From assembly GCA_030264375.1 (NCBI GenBank), contig JASCQW010000132.1, forward strand, positions 57,235,036-57,299,035: 64,000 nt of DNA. Direction: 5' to 3'. The DNA is from Carcharhinus longimanus (Eukaryota). Below, piece after piece: positions 24,282 through 36,798 of this stretch. How positions within the stretch are numbered: position 1 is the first letter of the stretch; each line of letters opens with the position of its first letter. The notes below the pieces were generated by a model. The model did not search any database. It had not been told where the DNA came from and was given only the letters and a program-made list of their open reading frames with translations. Position numbers and translations under genes: made by a program.

Positions 24282-25256
24282 GGGCCAAATCTTCTAAGGA
24301 GTGGAAATCATCACTTTGTTCTAAGTTTTTTGTACTAAGATGGGCCCCATATTTCTGGCCCAGGCCTCTTCAGAAATGCGGAACATGCCTGTTCACAGAG
24401 TCTTTCTTTGCAGTAGAGGATTGTCAGGGGAAACTGAGGCATGTCAGCTTTTTACTGCACTAGCTGTCCTATTTTGGTAAGTCTTCATTCAGTAAGACAT
24501 TGAAAAGCTTTGGGATATTTGAATAGCTTAAGTACATATAGAACAGTACAGCACAGTACAGGCCCTTCGGCCCTCGATGTTGTGCCAAGTGGTAAGTGGC
24601 AAGATGTGTAGAGTGCCAACTGGGAAGGTTAACAGGATGAGCAGGGTGGCAGACTTGTGGTGGTAGGGTTGTACAATGGTAGGTGGCAGGATGGAAGTTG
24701 ACGAGGTGAGCAGGGTACCTCCTGGATAGGATGGCAAGGTGGGTAAGATGGTAAGATTGGGCCAAAATGGGTCAGAGGGCATTAACGGGTCAGGATCAGA
24801 AGGGTGGGGCATTAATGGTCAAGGGTGGTCTGAGGCTTTGAGTGTTTGGAGGTTCAAAGACAGAGTTGGAGAGTCAAGGTGGTCAGAGGGTTGGGGGAGT
24901 TGGAGGGTCAGGGTAGGTTTGAGGGTCAGTCAGGTGCCGGAGGGCTGGGGCAGAATTGAGGGCAGTCAGGTGTGTTGGAGGGTCAGCAGGTTGATGCATT
25001 CAGTGAGGAATTGGAGGGGGGGGGGCATCAGTTGTACACTTATTTTGGAATTAGATATGGTTTATTTCTCTCTAATATTTCCTGGGTAACTATCCAAGTA
25101 AGGAGGTTAGAACCTTGCAACTTCTATGACTCTAAATCAGATTTGAAGATATTTTCGGGGGATCTTGGGGAGCAGGGGATTGCCCATTGGAAAATGCAAC
25201 TTATCCAGTAATTCCCAGGGTGTCTCTGGCTATTTGGTATCCGGAATTTCTGGGCC
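24282..25256. mobile_element. TIR-bounded element with G-rich degenerate tandem-repeat core and a CR1-tail insert at about 24535-24590
   Basis: Ends GGGCCAAATCTTC / GGAATTTCTGGGCC; repeated GGTGGCAGGAT and GGGTCAGAGGG units at 24590-25030. Confidence 0.45.
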
Positions 25257-25667
25257 AGTAATGTACTCAATCACTATACAGTAACAGTTAAGAATCCTCC
25301 AGCCCTCCTGCATCATGTCTAGAGCTAATGAGGACGGGAAAATGATGGTCAGAACCTTCATTATTTCCTTTTGTCTTTTCTTTGCAGCCTGGGATATATT
25401 TCATTTGGATCTGGTGATTTCCCCTAATTTCAAAGACGTTAAATCACTTAATATTTCTTCTCTCCTCCCTCTATTCCATCAAGTATTTTCATAAAGTGAA
25501 TTTATTCCCTGCTGTGTGAATCTCAACTATGCACCCTAATGTGAATACTGAGGCAAATCTATAAAGTTATAAGTAGTACAAGGAACGTTATGCGATGACA
25601 GGAATTTTGTAATAATTGGTATTCAATCGTCGGACATAGATATCGCTGGCTAGCCAGTATTCCCAGT

Positions 25668-25979
25668 TACAGAATCCCTACAGTACAGAGGAGGCCATTC
25701 AGCCCATCAAGCCTGCTTCGACAAAAATCCCATCCTATCCCTGTAATCCCACATATTTATCCTGCTAATCTCTCCACAACTAGGGTCAATTTAGAATGGC
25801 TGGTCAAACTAATCAGCACATCTTTGGACTGTGGGAGGAAAGTGGAGTACCCGGAGGAAACCCACACAGACATAAGGAGAATGTGCAAATTCCACACAGA
25901 CAATGACCCAAGCCAGGAATCAAACCTGGGTCTCTGGTACTGTGAGACAGCAGTGCTAACCACTATTCTACCATGCTGC
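25668..25979 (-). mobile_element. HE1-type SINE (CR1 tail)
   Basis: AGAATCCCTACAGTACAGAGGAGGCCATTCAGCCC...CAGTGCTAACCACT. Confidence 0.92.
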
Positions 25980-26731
25980 GTGGTATCTGTCTAAAATTGA
26001 CAAAAAAAAACTTATTTGGAGATATTGCAAAACCAATTTGGACCAGGAGACTAAAATGGAGCTAAAGGAGTCATGGTTGTACCCAGTTCTAGGAAATGCC
26101 TCTTACATAAAGGAAAACTGGTCACTGCAGTCAGTGGAATTTGTAATAAGACAGTGAGATTACAAAACTCACAGCACAAAATCAAGAAGAATATCTAAAA
26201 AAACTTATTGATCCTTCTGAACTTTCCAACTTGCAACACAACTTTATAAAGTTACGTGACATCTCAAGTAGCCAAGTGTGCAATTAATATTCCAATGCGA
26301 TAAATCTCCTCTGATTAAATCCAAATGCAGTTTACAAAAGCTACATGTCAGTGAGGAGTTTAATATTCATTCCAATTCAAGAAGGAACATTAAGTGATGG
26401 AGAATAGAGTCTGTTCACAATAAATAGTTTCTTGTGCCAAATCTTATGTAAGTCCGACTAATTCAAAATGCATTATGTAATGGCATTGGCACAGTCACAG
26501 TTTAAAGTTTGAGACAAAGTTAAAATTTCAAACCATGTTTGAGACAATATATGCTGATAATGAGAAAAGCAGATGAGGGCAAATTGTGCCAGGTGCCTCC
26601 ATGGTCATGCAGCCTCACCTGATGGAAATGCAGATCAGGTGCAGATGTTGGCATACTTGACCTTAAATGTAATCACTGGAAGTTAAGAGTGTCATCTTCT
26701 GAGGATATTAAACTCCAGTGTTGAGTCTTTA

Positions 26732-26978
26732 GGTGGCACGGTGGCACAGTGGTTAACACTGATGCCTCACAGCATCAGGAACCCGGATTCGATTCCTGGC
26801 TTGGATCCCTGTCAGTGTGGAGCTTCCATGTTCTCCTTGTGCGTGCATGGGTTTACCTCCGGGTGCTCCAGTTTCCTCCCACAGTCCGAAAGATTTAGGT
26901 GCATTGGCCATACTAAATTCTCCCTCAATTTTTCTGAACAGGCGCTGCAGTGTGGCAACTAGGGGATTTTCACAGTAA
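26732..26978 (+). mobile_element. HE1-head SINE with Rex1-like tail, truncated at the next SINE
   Basis: GGTGGCACGGTGGCACAGTGGTTAAC head; ends at AGGGGATTTTCACAGTAA. Confidence 0.9.
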
Positions 26979-26984
26979 ATTCTG

Positions 26985-27345
26985 AATTTTTTTATTCATT
27001 TGTGTGACATGGGCATTTCTGGCTAGCCAGCATTTATTACCCATCCCTATTTGCCTAAGGGCAGTTGAGAGTCAACCACATTGTTGTGGCTCTGGAGTCA
27101 CATATAGGCCAGACCAGGTAAGAAGACAGATTTCCTCCCCGAAAGGACATTTGTGAACCAGATGGATATTTTGAACAATCGACAATTGTTTCATGGTCAT
27201 GAGTAGATTCTTAATTCCAGTCATTTTTTTAATGCATTCACATTTGACCATCTGCAATGGCAGGATTCAAACCTGGGTCCCCAGAACATTAGCTGAGTTT
27301 CTGGATTAATAGTCCAACGATAATGACTCTAGGCCATCACCTTCC
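26985..27345 (-). mobile_element. tRNA-derived SINE, third family
   Basis: Minus-strand head GGTGATGGCCTAGAG...GGGTTTGAATCC; central CCATCTGGTTCAC.AATGTCCTTT.GGG.AGGAAATCTG; tail shared with the LINE end at 10285. Confidence 0.88.
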
Positions 27346-27464
27346 CATAAATTAACTAGTCTACAGAAAAGCAAAACAGCTGGCCTTCAAAGACTTAGAG
27401 AGGAGTTAAGCTACAGATCTGAGGTGAGACTCTAAAAATTCTAAGTGTCAAATTCACTTAAAAA

Positions 27465-28520
27465 CTAAAGTAAATTCTGTCTGTTTATTCAGCGGCAGTT
27501 TCAAAATGAATCTTCCACGCTCTGTGCATCACAGAGTGCACTAACATGAATCTTATTAGAAATCAGTGGGAGGGGCTATTCCCACCCGAGAGGCCAGCAG
27601 CATAACGTTGAGTGCGTTACTACACATGCATCGATCTGTCAATGCTGAGATTGGCGCGTATGCAGTAGCCCTGCACTACTGCTGGCCAGCTCAACTGCTG
27701 GCCAGCTCTGTGACCTGCAATACTGCCTCACCGATCCCCATATACACTGATCGTTGGCCTCCCAGATGTGTCTGAGCCAGTCTCAACCATCCCACGCCCC
27801 AACACCTTCAATCTTCCTCCCCCCGCCAGGGCAGTTCCGATCTCCCAATCCGCCCCCCCACTTACCCAGACCCACCGGTAGTCCTGATCCCTCCCCCCCA
27901 CAGTCCCGACACCCCCCCTGCACCCCCCCCAACCACTGTCCTGACCCCCCCCCCAGTAGCCTGGACACCTCCAACAGGCCAAAGCCCAATGACCCNNNNN
28001 NNNNNNNNNNNNNNNNNNNNNNNNNNNNNNNNNNNNNNNNNNNNNNNNNNNNNNNNNNNNNNNNNNNNNNNNNNNNNNNNNNNNNNNNNNNNNNNNNNNN
28101 NNNNNNNNNNNNNNNNNNNNNNNNNNNNNNNNNNNNNNNNNNNNNNNNNNNNNNNNNNNNNNNNNNNNNNNNNNNNNNNNNNNNNNNNNNNNNNNNNNNN
28201 NNNNNNNNNNNNNNNNNNNNNNNNNNNNNNNNNNNNNNNNNNNNNNNNNNNNNNNNNNNNNNNNNNNNNNCCCCTTACCCCAACCTCCTGGAGGACCTCC
28301 ATGGCTTCCCCTCATTCCAGCAGGATCGGGCCGCCAGCTCCCTGCAGTTGGGGAGCTCTTGTAAACCTCGCTGGAGTGAAGCACTCCTGGTGGCGAGGAG
28401 AGAGGCCAGCACACCTCGAGACTTCAGTCCTGGCCTGCTAATTACATATAAATGAACATTAGAATACTTTACACAGCTCCAAGCTGATTTCTGGCACAAG
28501 GCTGGGGAAATTTGTTGTTC
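27465..28520. mobile_element. Probable non-autonomous TIR element with C-rich interior, spanning a gap
   Basis: GC-rich block with poly-C tracts, same architecture as 17547 and 58400; termini poorly defined. Confidence 0.4.
27996..28270. other. Assembly gap
   Basis: Run of N. Confidence 1.
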
Positions 28521-29089
28521 AAAATTTAAATAATGTGACAGCTTAACAGTTTCATTGACATTATCCGTCCTTTCCACACATTTACATCTACACTAGAAAA
28601 TTGTAATGCACACATTGCAGGATAGTGTTCATGTTTCAGTGAAGGTGGTCTCTCTGAACTCAGTCAGCACTGGACTTAAATGGCCCTTTGGAGTTTGTTT
28701 CCTCCACGTGTGAATTGTTTCCTGCCCCTGTTCCCCTACCAGGATCTGCTGGAAATGGGGGCAGAACTTCCAGATCCAGGTTCCCGGCACCATTTCGGAT
28801 ATGTTGTGGGGTCTCCACATGAAACTCCATAAAAATCTATTCCAAAGTTTTCTGTGACCTACTTGAATCTCCTCCAAAGTATTTCATAAAAGACAAGGGG
28901 TAAATTGTTAGTATATATTTGAATATTAGCTGCTCCAGAATTTCTGAAAATACCCTCAGCTGAATGATCCCAGATCAAAAAATGCATGTAATATTTCTAC
29001 CACCTGCGTGAATTCCTGGCAGAATTAGGCCATTCATTTTAGTCCCTGCCTCCTACCATGCGTGACCTCCATTACCTTCTGATAATTTA

Positions 29090-29375
29090 CTCTTTTTCGG
29101 TGGGTGGCTGTAAACTGTTCAGTCACAGTGGGTATCAGAGCCAAACTGGATCCAATATTTATCCAACACTTCTAACAGCAGTTGCTGGATGGTTATCAGG
29201 AGCCGAAAGCATGGCTGAAATTCCTCTCGTTAGCTCAGGTGCACTGAAGCAAACTGTTACATCTCAATGACCTAATGAATGCCCTGTTTAACTAGCGAAG
29301 TCCAACAATTGAACCCTAGGCCTTCCTACTCCATATGGTGCAGCAATTCACTGGATTATCTCACTGAGCCATTTG
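29090..29375 (-). mobile_element. Old tRNA-head SINE remnant
   Basis: Minus strand AATGGCTCAGTGAG (A-box-like) ... AGGAAGGCCTAGGGTTCAATT (B-box-like). Confidence 0.4.
29147..29276 (+). repeat. 130-bp segment duplicated at 30318-30447
   Basis: Direct comparison shows 2 mismatches over 130 bp. Confidence 0.95.
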
Positions 29376-29839
29376 GAGATCTCCACAGTGTGGGAAAGTG
29401 ACTTTCAGTTCTTCATCACTTTGCCTTGCTATGGTTGTCACCACTTTCTGCCAATAGAAAGAAAATAGTTTGTGTCTATTTTATACAAAATAACAAGTTA
29501 GGAATGAATTACAGATGTTCTCACAGCTCTTCATTGCTTCAGCATTTAACTTCAAATAAACACTGAACACTATTCACAGCTGTAATTACTTCTTGATTAC
29601 TAACACTTTACACAGATTAAAAATTCCATTCCCAGGCTATGAAGGTACAGGCATGCTGAGCACCCATAGGGGTAGAAGTTTGAGGGTGGAAACCTTGAAC
29701 CAGTCATTGGGGAATATTACCTGTGCAGACAGCTCTGGGGGGAAATGAAGATGTTTCACACTGTTGTAACTTCAGTTCCAAAATGGCAGAAATGTAAAAG
29801 CCAGTGCTCCTTGGGTGAGGAGGGAGATAGAGAATGTGA

Positions 29840-30900
29840 TGAAAATGGAAAAAAAAAGAGGGTGAATTCTGCATGCCAACTGAATCCTTCAAGGAAGTAC
29901 CAGATCAAATACAGCAAATTGAGAGGGGAAGCAAAGAGGAGATTAAGATTAGGAAAGAAAGGATATGAGAGTAGGTTAGCAGTTAACATAAAAGTGAACC
30001 CAAAAATCTTCTACTGGCATGTAATTACTAAGCAGGTAGTGGGATGCGGAGTCAATCCTGTTAGGAGCAAAGAGGGCGATAGATGCTTAAGAGGTGCAGG
30101 ACACAATGAGAAAACTTAATAAGTACTTTATATCGGTATTTACTAAGGAGAAGAATGCTGCCACAGCGCCACACCTCCCCCCCCCCCACCCACCCCCAAC
30201 CAGAACTGTCTGCTCAGAAATTATTGGTTCAAGGCTTTTACCCTCAAATTTCTAGTAGAAGCGGAGATGTTAGTGGTAATAGATTGGGGTAATATAAAAT
30301 TGATAGGAAGGATGCAGTGGACCCAATATTTATCCAACACTTCTAACAGCAGTTGCTGGATGGTTATCAGGAGCAGAAAGCATGGCTGAAATTCCTCTCG
30401 TTAGCTCAGGTGCACTGAAGCAAACTGTTACATCTCAATGACCTAATAAACCTACTCTTGGCTATGCCAAGAGTAGCTAAATCGTCTGGTCCCAGTGGCT
30501 CCCAGGTTGTGAAAGGAAGTGGCATGGTGATGATAGTAGAAGGGCTTGCCTTAATCATATAATCTTCCCTAGATATAGGGATATTCAAGAAAGAGTTTAA
30601 GGACAATCGTGGCAACTACCAGGCTGGCTAATTTAACATCAGTGCTGGGTAGGGTTGTGGAAACAATAATCAGAGAAAGAAGATCAACTTGGAGAGTTTT
30701 GAGTTACATCAATGGGACCCAGCTTGGATTTGTTAAAACCAGTACATGACTTGACTAATTCAGTTTACTTTTTTGATGAAGCAACAGAGAAGGTTGATGA
30801 AGAGAAAACAAAGAATATTGTCCCTGTGGATTTTAAGGAAGCCTTTCACAATTACCACACGAAAGGCTAGTTAACAAAATTAGGGTGCATGGAATAGGAG
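29840..30900 (+). mobile_element. CR1 LINE ORF2 fragment
   Basis: YSKLRGEAKRRLRLGKKGYESRLAVNIKVNPKIFYWHV; GNYQA; FFDEATEKVDE; DFKEAF. Confidence 0.85.
30318..30447 (+). repeat. Second copy of the 130-bp segment, inserted in CR1
   Basis: Near-identical to 29147-29276; CR1 sequence flanks both sides. Confidence 0.95.
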
Positions 30901-31309
30901 GATCTTTCCCACAAATAACAACAGAAGATCCTCCCACCTGATCAAAGAGGCCTAGTGGGAGATTGAAGAGCAAGTGAGCAACTGTGGGTCCTCCAAAGAA
31001 CCTGGGTCCAGTGCAGGAATAGGATCAATGACTTGTTCCTATCCACCACGGTAAGTGATAGGTCATTTAATACCTAAGGGTCTTTCATGGGGTCACCAAG
31101 TAATGTATCTTTGAGTGTCAACAGTCTGGTGAGACAGGCAAATGTGTGATCAGCCGTAATACTACATGGCAATCGAGGCCAAAGCATATGACACTTGGGC
31201 TTTTGTGAGTGCTTGGTTCAACATAAAGTCAATATGCATGATGGGGATGTGTGCAGACACCAGGGTTAGGTGTCACTTGACATTTCACTAAATCTGCACA
31301 TTGTCATGC

Positions 31310-31460
31310 AAGAGAAACAAACCAATCCTCGAAGGACAGGTCAAGGACTGGAGGTGAAGTACCGGACCTAAAGCTGCTTACCCCTGCAGAGGAAGAGTTC
31401 CTGAAGTATACAGGAGAGGAGGGCAGCTGACTGATCACAGACAGCACGGTTAGAATGGCC
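31310..31460 (+). pseudogene. Harbinger Myb/SANT-like gene exon remnant
   Basis: Translates ...KDRSRTGGEVPDLKLLTPAEEEFLKYTG, matching the TGGGxPxxxxLTPxEE motif that follows Harbinger Myb/SANT domains. Confidence 0.7.
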
Positions 31461-32629
31461 AGGTATAAGAGTGAGAATGTATCCAGCCTGGTGCTGGCAT
31501 AGGAAACATACAAGGAAATATGATGTGCTAGTAGACTGATCCTTAGTGTGGTTCATTTTGCTCCCCATTACAGGCATTTACTATCCCAAGCAAAGCCACA
31601 GCAACAGCAGGAACTTAAAGACTCCAGTTCTGAGAATAATTACACCACTGACCAGAGGATACATTTCTTTCTCTACCTCCCTCTATCACAATTGCCTTCA
31701 ATGCAATTACACCCACGTGGATTGTGGCTGGTTTGCATTTAGATTCAGAAACATAATGTAGCAATCATATTGCACACACGTCCCAGCAGCTGAGGGGAAC
31801 TATGGCAGCTAAGGTCCCTGACACTTTGAGACTACTAGGGACCAGGCCCTTGCTGAGTCCCCCACAGATGATGGACCTCTGGTCCCAGCCTCTATGAGCC
31901 TGCAGTTAGTGGGACATATAATGAAGATGGCAAAAGTCATGTGCAGTCTGCATAGGCAATGAAAGAGTCTGTGCATGCCAGGGTTTCTGCCATATCTCAG
32001 GTGTGTAAGTGCTTGGCTTTCTCCATGCGAAGGTTAGCAACTGACTGCAGCACCAAATCCAGCAAACAACCCATGCCCATATGAAGGTCGGACTTGATTT
32101 GAAAATGTTATAAGATAATGAGTATTCAAGGGTTGCAAATCTATTGAAAATAGGAACACACCACCAGACGGTGTGAGGCATGACCCATTGTAGCAATGCT
32201 GTTACCTTAATCTCTTAATCTCTACATCTCGACCCACTATTGAGGCATGAGATTTTGTTCAATCTAATTAAGCTTCCTCCTCTCCCACCTCCATCACCAG
32301 CATGCCCCATTTCCCACTCTTAAAGGCTCCATAGTGTCCAATGTGTCTATAAACAAATGCACAACACCACAGCAGCCACACAACTAATACTAGACACTAC
32401 TGGGCTTATAAAGCTATTCTGATTGACATTTGTTGATCATTTTTATGTTGCTTGGGCACATGCAATAACTTTGGTGGTATTGCTTTTCAAACAAAAGGTA
32501 ATAATTTAACATATCCTTTACTTTTGTCTCTCTATACTTTACCAGATACGATTTAAGGGTATATTTCTGTTACTGCAAAAAGCTCCCTCTGCAAAAACAT
32601 GGGCCTTTCATTTGGAATTCATCTTGTTT

Positions 32630-35186
32630 TCAGAGAGTAAGAGGATGAGGACACATTCTACAGCCATAGGCAGAAGATGAGGATGTGGAGGAGGGCAGTG
32701 AGGGTGACCATAAAGAGGAGGAGACGGAAGCAGCCTGGGCAGTGGTCAGGGCCTGACTGGGCCAACATGTTCGGGATGGCCTCATAGTATCTTGTTTCAG
32801 GGAGAAGCAGGGTTAAGACCGACTAGCTCTCCCACCATGGGGACTAGTATCTAAGCAGTTATATGGCACCAGCCGTATGCTCCTATGCTGTTACCAGGTG
32901 TCATTGGCAGAGTGCTGAAGCCATTGGCCAGATTCTACGGGAGAATGTTGATGACTTGCATTGAGGACAGAGCTTTGATTATCTCATCCTCAGTGATATA
33001 CATATATGTATATCCCTATGTTATAGCGCTACATTAGCCCAATCTGTCACGCAAACCAGCCTCCCATCCATTGATTCTACCTACACTTCCCACTGCCTCA
33101 GCAAAGCAGCCAGCATAATTAAGGACCCCATGCACCCTGGACATTCTCTCTTCCACTTTCTTCCTTTGGGAAAAAGATACAAAAGTTTGTGGCCATGTGC
33201 CAACCGACGCAAGATCAGCTTCTTCCCTGCTGCTATCAGACTTTTGAATGACCTACCCTGCATTAAGTTGATGTTTCTCTACTCCCTAGCTTTGACTGTA
33301 ACACTACATTCTGCATTCTCTCATTTCCTTGTCTATGAATAGTATGCTTTGTCTCTATAGCGCACAAAACAATACTTTTCACTATATATTAATATGTGAC
33401 AATAATAAATCAAATCAAATCAAATATGTCAGACTCCTACCTGACAGAGTGCTGAGTGCATCCTGTCGTTGAATGGGCTTATCATAGGGCTCAGAAAAAC
33501 AGAATACACAGCTTCAGTTACTACAGGCCCCATCCATATCAGGAGTCCTGGTGTTCACATCCACTTTACAGTCAATGTGGACAGCCGGCACCACCTCAAC
33601 AGCCCTTGGCCTCGTGATCATTAAAGAGGGGTGCACTCTGATGGAGGGGAGAGAGGGGTCCTCCTTCCATGGACGGGGGTTGGCAGATGGCTCTAGCATT
33701 GGGTGGATGTGGGGGAGTGGGGGGTGTGGGCATGCCAGTAGCTGCACCTCTTTATTGTGTCGCTGGTGTGGGAGGTACATTACACTGTCATTCTCACAAT
33801 AAGAGGGATCAGGTGCCAGGTCAGCACAGTGGTTCCCCCAAGCTTGGTGGTATGAACACACAGGGTGGAAGCTCTGTGAGTGAACAAAGTGAAATTTAAT
33901 GCCAAATTTGAAACCAAAATGGTGGCCTATCTACACTAGTGCCTATATTCACCATGCCCATTAAGTGCCTGCAGTTTCTTAATCTTCCTGACCACCTTAC
34001 TACGTCCAGCTGTACTCCTGCCAATCCTCTTTTCCGAGGTTTCCAGGGGACCTTATGCTCTTCCATGGAATGGGGGAGCATCTGGAGTGAGATCCAGAAG
34101 TGCCGCCATCCTCTGAAGCTGATACTTGTGGATTCCAACCTGTGCCTGCACCATGCAGTTGAAGCCTTGCATCATAGAACTCATGCACTGAGCCAGGGTG
34201 CAGACACCTTGTGTCAAGGAATGTACATCCTGCACCAAGGTCTCCACTGCAATGCCACCCTGACAGTGTTGGCCCCAGTGCACTGCAGTAACAGCACTAT
34301 CTCCTCAGATGGAAGGCGATGGGACACCTCCAATTGGCCTTGCACTATGAGGAGGGCTGCTCTCATCCCTTCCTAATACTCTGCCTTGCAGCTCCAGCAG
34401 GTGTGGGATGACCGGGCCCAGAGGCACATCATTGACAAGGAGCTCAGCGGAGTCCTGGGCTCCGTCTTCCCCCCAAGTGCCTGTTCTCTGGGATGTCCCT
34501 GTTTCCGCCTGAGTGGATCTTCAGTTGTGAGGTGCTCATCTGTGAGTAACCCAGAGCCCTGCCTATTTACTGAACCCACCTAAGTGTGAGTATCAGTGCT
34601 GGGGCTGGGTGTGGGTGACAGCTGTCATGTCTCTTCAATGGTGGGTTTGGAGAAGTCCTCCACCAAACTGCTGGAGTCTGATGGGTCTAGGGGCATTCAG
34701 GATGGTGCAACCAGGCCGGCCTGTGAGAGAAGGGACATGGCATCAGTGCATTACAGGGCGGGACATTGGTTTCTTGCTTGAGACTTGAGGAATGACAGCA
34801 TATTTGTTGAGGATTCTCACATTTCATCAGCAGTGCAGGCACGCTCTTCCTCCCCCCCAGCCAGATTGAAGGCCCGCTCTTAAAATGCTCAGCTTGAGCA
34901 TGCCTTTTTTTGTGCCATCTTCTGCAGTTGCTGTGGAAAAAGCGCTGCAGAGTGCTGGGGAGATGTATATATGTAGCTCCCCAATGCTTGTGGCAGTTAA
35001 GTTGTTGTGGGGTGGGCGAATCAGAAGGAACATGCTGCAGGAGCGATGTGATATTCATGGGCATAAAAATTATTACTAATGAGGCATAAAGATTTAGCCC
35101 GAAAACATGGCAGTTTCATTGGCAGGAATCACTCAATTTTTTGCACCAGAACCGAATTTCTGCCATTTTTTTGGTAAGATTTCACC
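32630..35186. mobile_element. Decayed Harbinger element: transposase C-terminus (+, about 32633-32816) converging on a Myb-like gene remnant (-, about 33900-34725)
   Basis: EDEDVEEGSEGDHKEEETEAAWAVVRA*LGQHVRDGLIVSCF; heptad-like VETLVQDVHSLTQGVCTLAQCMSSMMQG; TIR-like GGTAAGATTTCACC followed by TAA. Confidence 0.65.
33038..33425 (+). mobile_element. Rex1/Babar 3' fragment
   Basis: HPGHSLFHFLPLGKRYKSL...SFFPAAIRLLN; tail GTGACAATAATAAAT(CAAAT)3. Confidence 0.92.
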
Positions 35187-36778
35187 TAAAGAGTCACAAC
35201 ATGACTACAAATCGATAATTCAACAGGATCAGAATGATTCTAGCCTGATAGCACATAAAGCCTTGCACAGGTGTCCAAGCTTATTATCATTGAAGTTATG
35301 CTGTACAACAGATGCACGATAAACATTACGAAGAGACTCAGCAAGACAGAAATTATGAAGTTAAGCCACAGCATTTGCTAGTTCCACTGTAGTAATAATG
35401 AAGATAGGACATCTGACAACATTTAGTGGAGAAAATAATTATCATAAACCTTGGGAACCCTTCCAATGTAAGTAGCATCATGTTCCTAATGAACTGCCAA
35501 AATCTTCCCAAATTACATCATGACTTCCCGTACCTTGCACGCACATCCAGTTACATCCTAATGGTGTTACAAGGCAAAGAGGGAGTTAAAATTGGTGACC
35601 CTATATTAGCCTGGGCTATAATAATCAGTCAAACTTGGATTATCTTTGTATATATGCTCCAAGCCAGCTGGTACCAGAATCTACCTTGACTAGTTGTGTT
35701 GCCTGCCAGGAATTTCAGACCCAAGGCTCCACAAAGTAATATTGACCTGATCACTCCCCATGAAATCCTCTCCAGTGGTGAGTGACCCTCAACATTAAAA
35801 ACATCAATTTGCAATTAGGTAAGTGTTTTTAATGTAGTTGGATGCTGCAGAAACATTATCAGACACATTTTGAGTGGTTTGGATATTATTAAAAGGCTCT
35901 GTCTTCACTTAAATAGAAGAATAGTATTTATGCATGCATGGCTCTGATATTTCATTTAAATTCCACACATAGCATTGAGAAATAATTAAATCAGGATATA
36001 TTAAGCTTTGACAAAGTGGTAGGTTTTAAAAAGCTTTTTAAGTGTGAGAGAGGGTGAAAGCTACATCATAGTAAACATCATCATACCTCTGTTGTGATAG
36101 AGCTGGTCACTGTCTACCTTAACCTTTTTTAAAGATGAAGGCAGTACATTTTCTAGTGCATTTCTATTGTGCATTCAAATCATTGTACATGAAAATAAAA
36201 AAAAAAGATGGATAGCCAGATGAGAGTTTGGGACAAACTTAAACATCAGAACATCAAAATTTATTTTTTTAATCTATAATTTTTATTTGTTTGTCTGAGG
36301 AAATTAATCCCCACTCTTGTAAAAATTAGTTTTCAGGGTCAGAGAGGTTGTTCAGCAATTATTATAACATCAGTCTGCCACTAAAATCTAATTTACTCCT
36401 GATTGAACAAGGCTTATTTTTGTCATTAGGCCTTACATCGAAAATAATGGGTTACAAAGTTGAAGTTCACATCAAGTCACTGCTTTCACAGTTGATTGCA
36501 TCTGCAAAGACTACAGAAGTGCACTCTCTGGAGGAACAGGGTATCAACAGCAACAATTGAATTCCCATATTTAACTGTCAATTTATGGACGCCAGAAGTT
36601 GCTGTCAGTTTTACACAGCCATAACGGCGAGTAGTGACAGCCGATCATTCATACTACTGCAAATCGTAAGGTACTTTCGAGGAAACAGTGCTCACTGTTC
36701 ACTGAGCTTTCAGCTGTTCACAGTCCACTTGTCAGTTCTTGAGCAGCAATTCATTGTTATAAGAGAGTCTTTTCAACA

Positions 36779-36798
36779 TGACGCCCTCTAGGGGGACA
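36779..36798 (-). promoter_or_regulatory. Candidate CTCF site
   Basis: Minus strand GTCCCCCTAGAGGGCGTCA versus core consensus CCACYAGRKGGCRS; CpG retained. Confidence 0.35.

Noticed and set aside
35710-35777. Possible 68-nt exon (CCAG|...|GTGAGT)
   Set aside because: Only one open frame, peptide unrecognised, and phase incompatible with the 15407/15415 candidate
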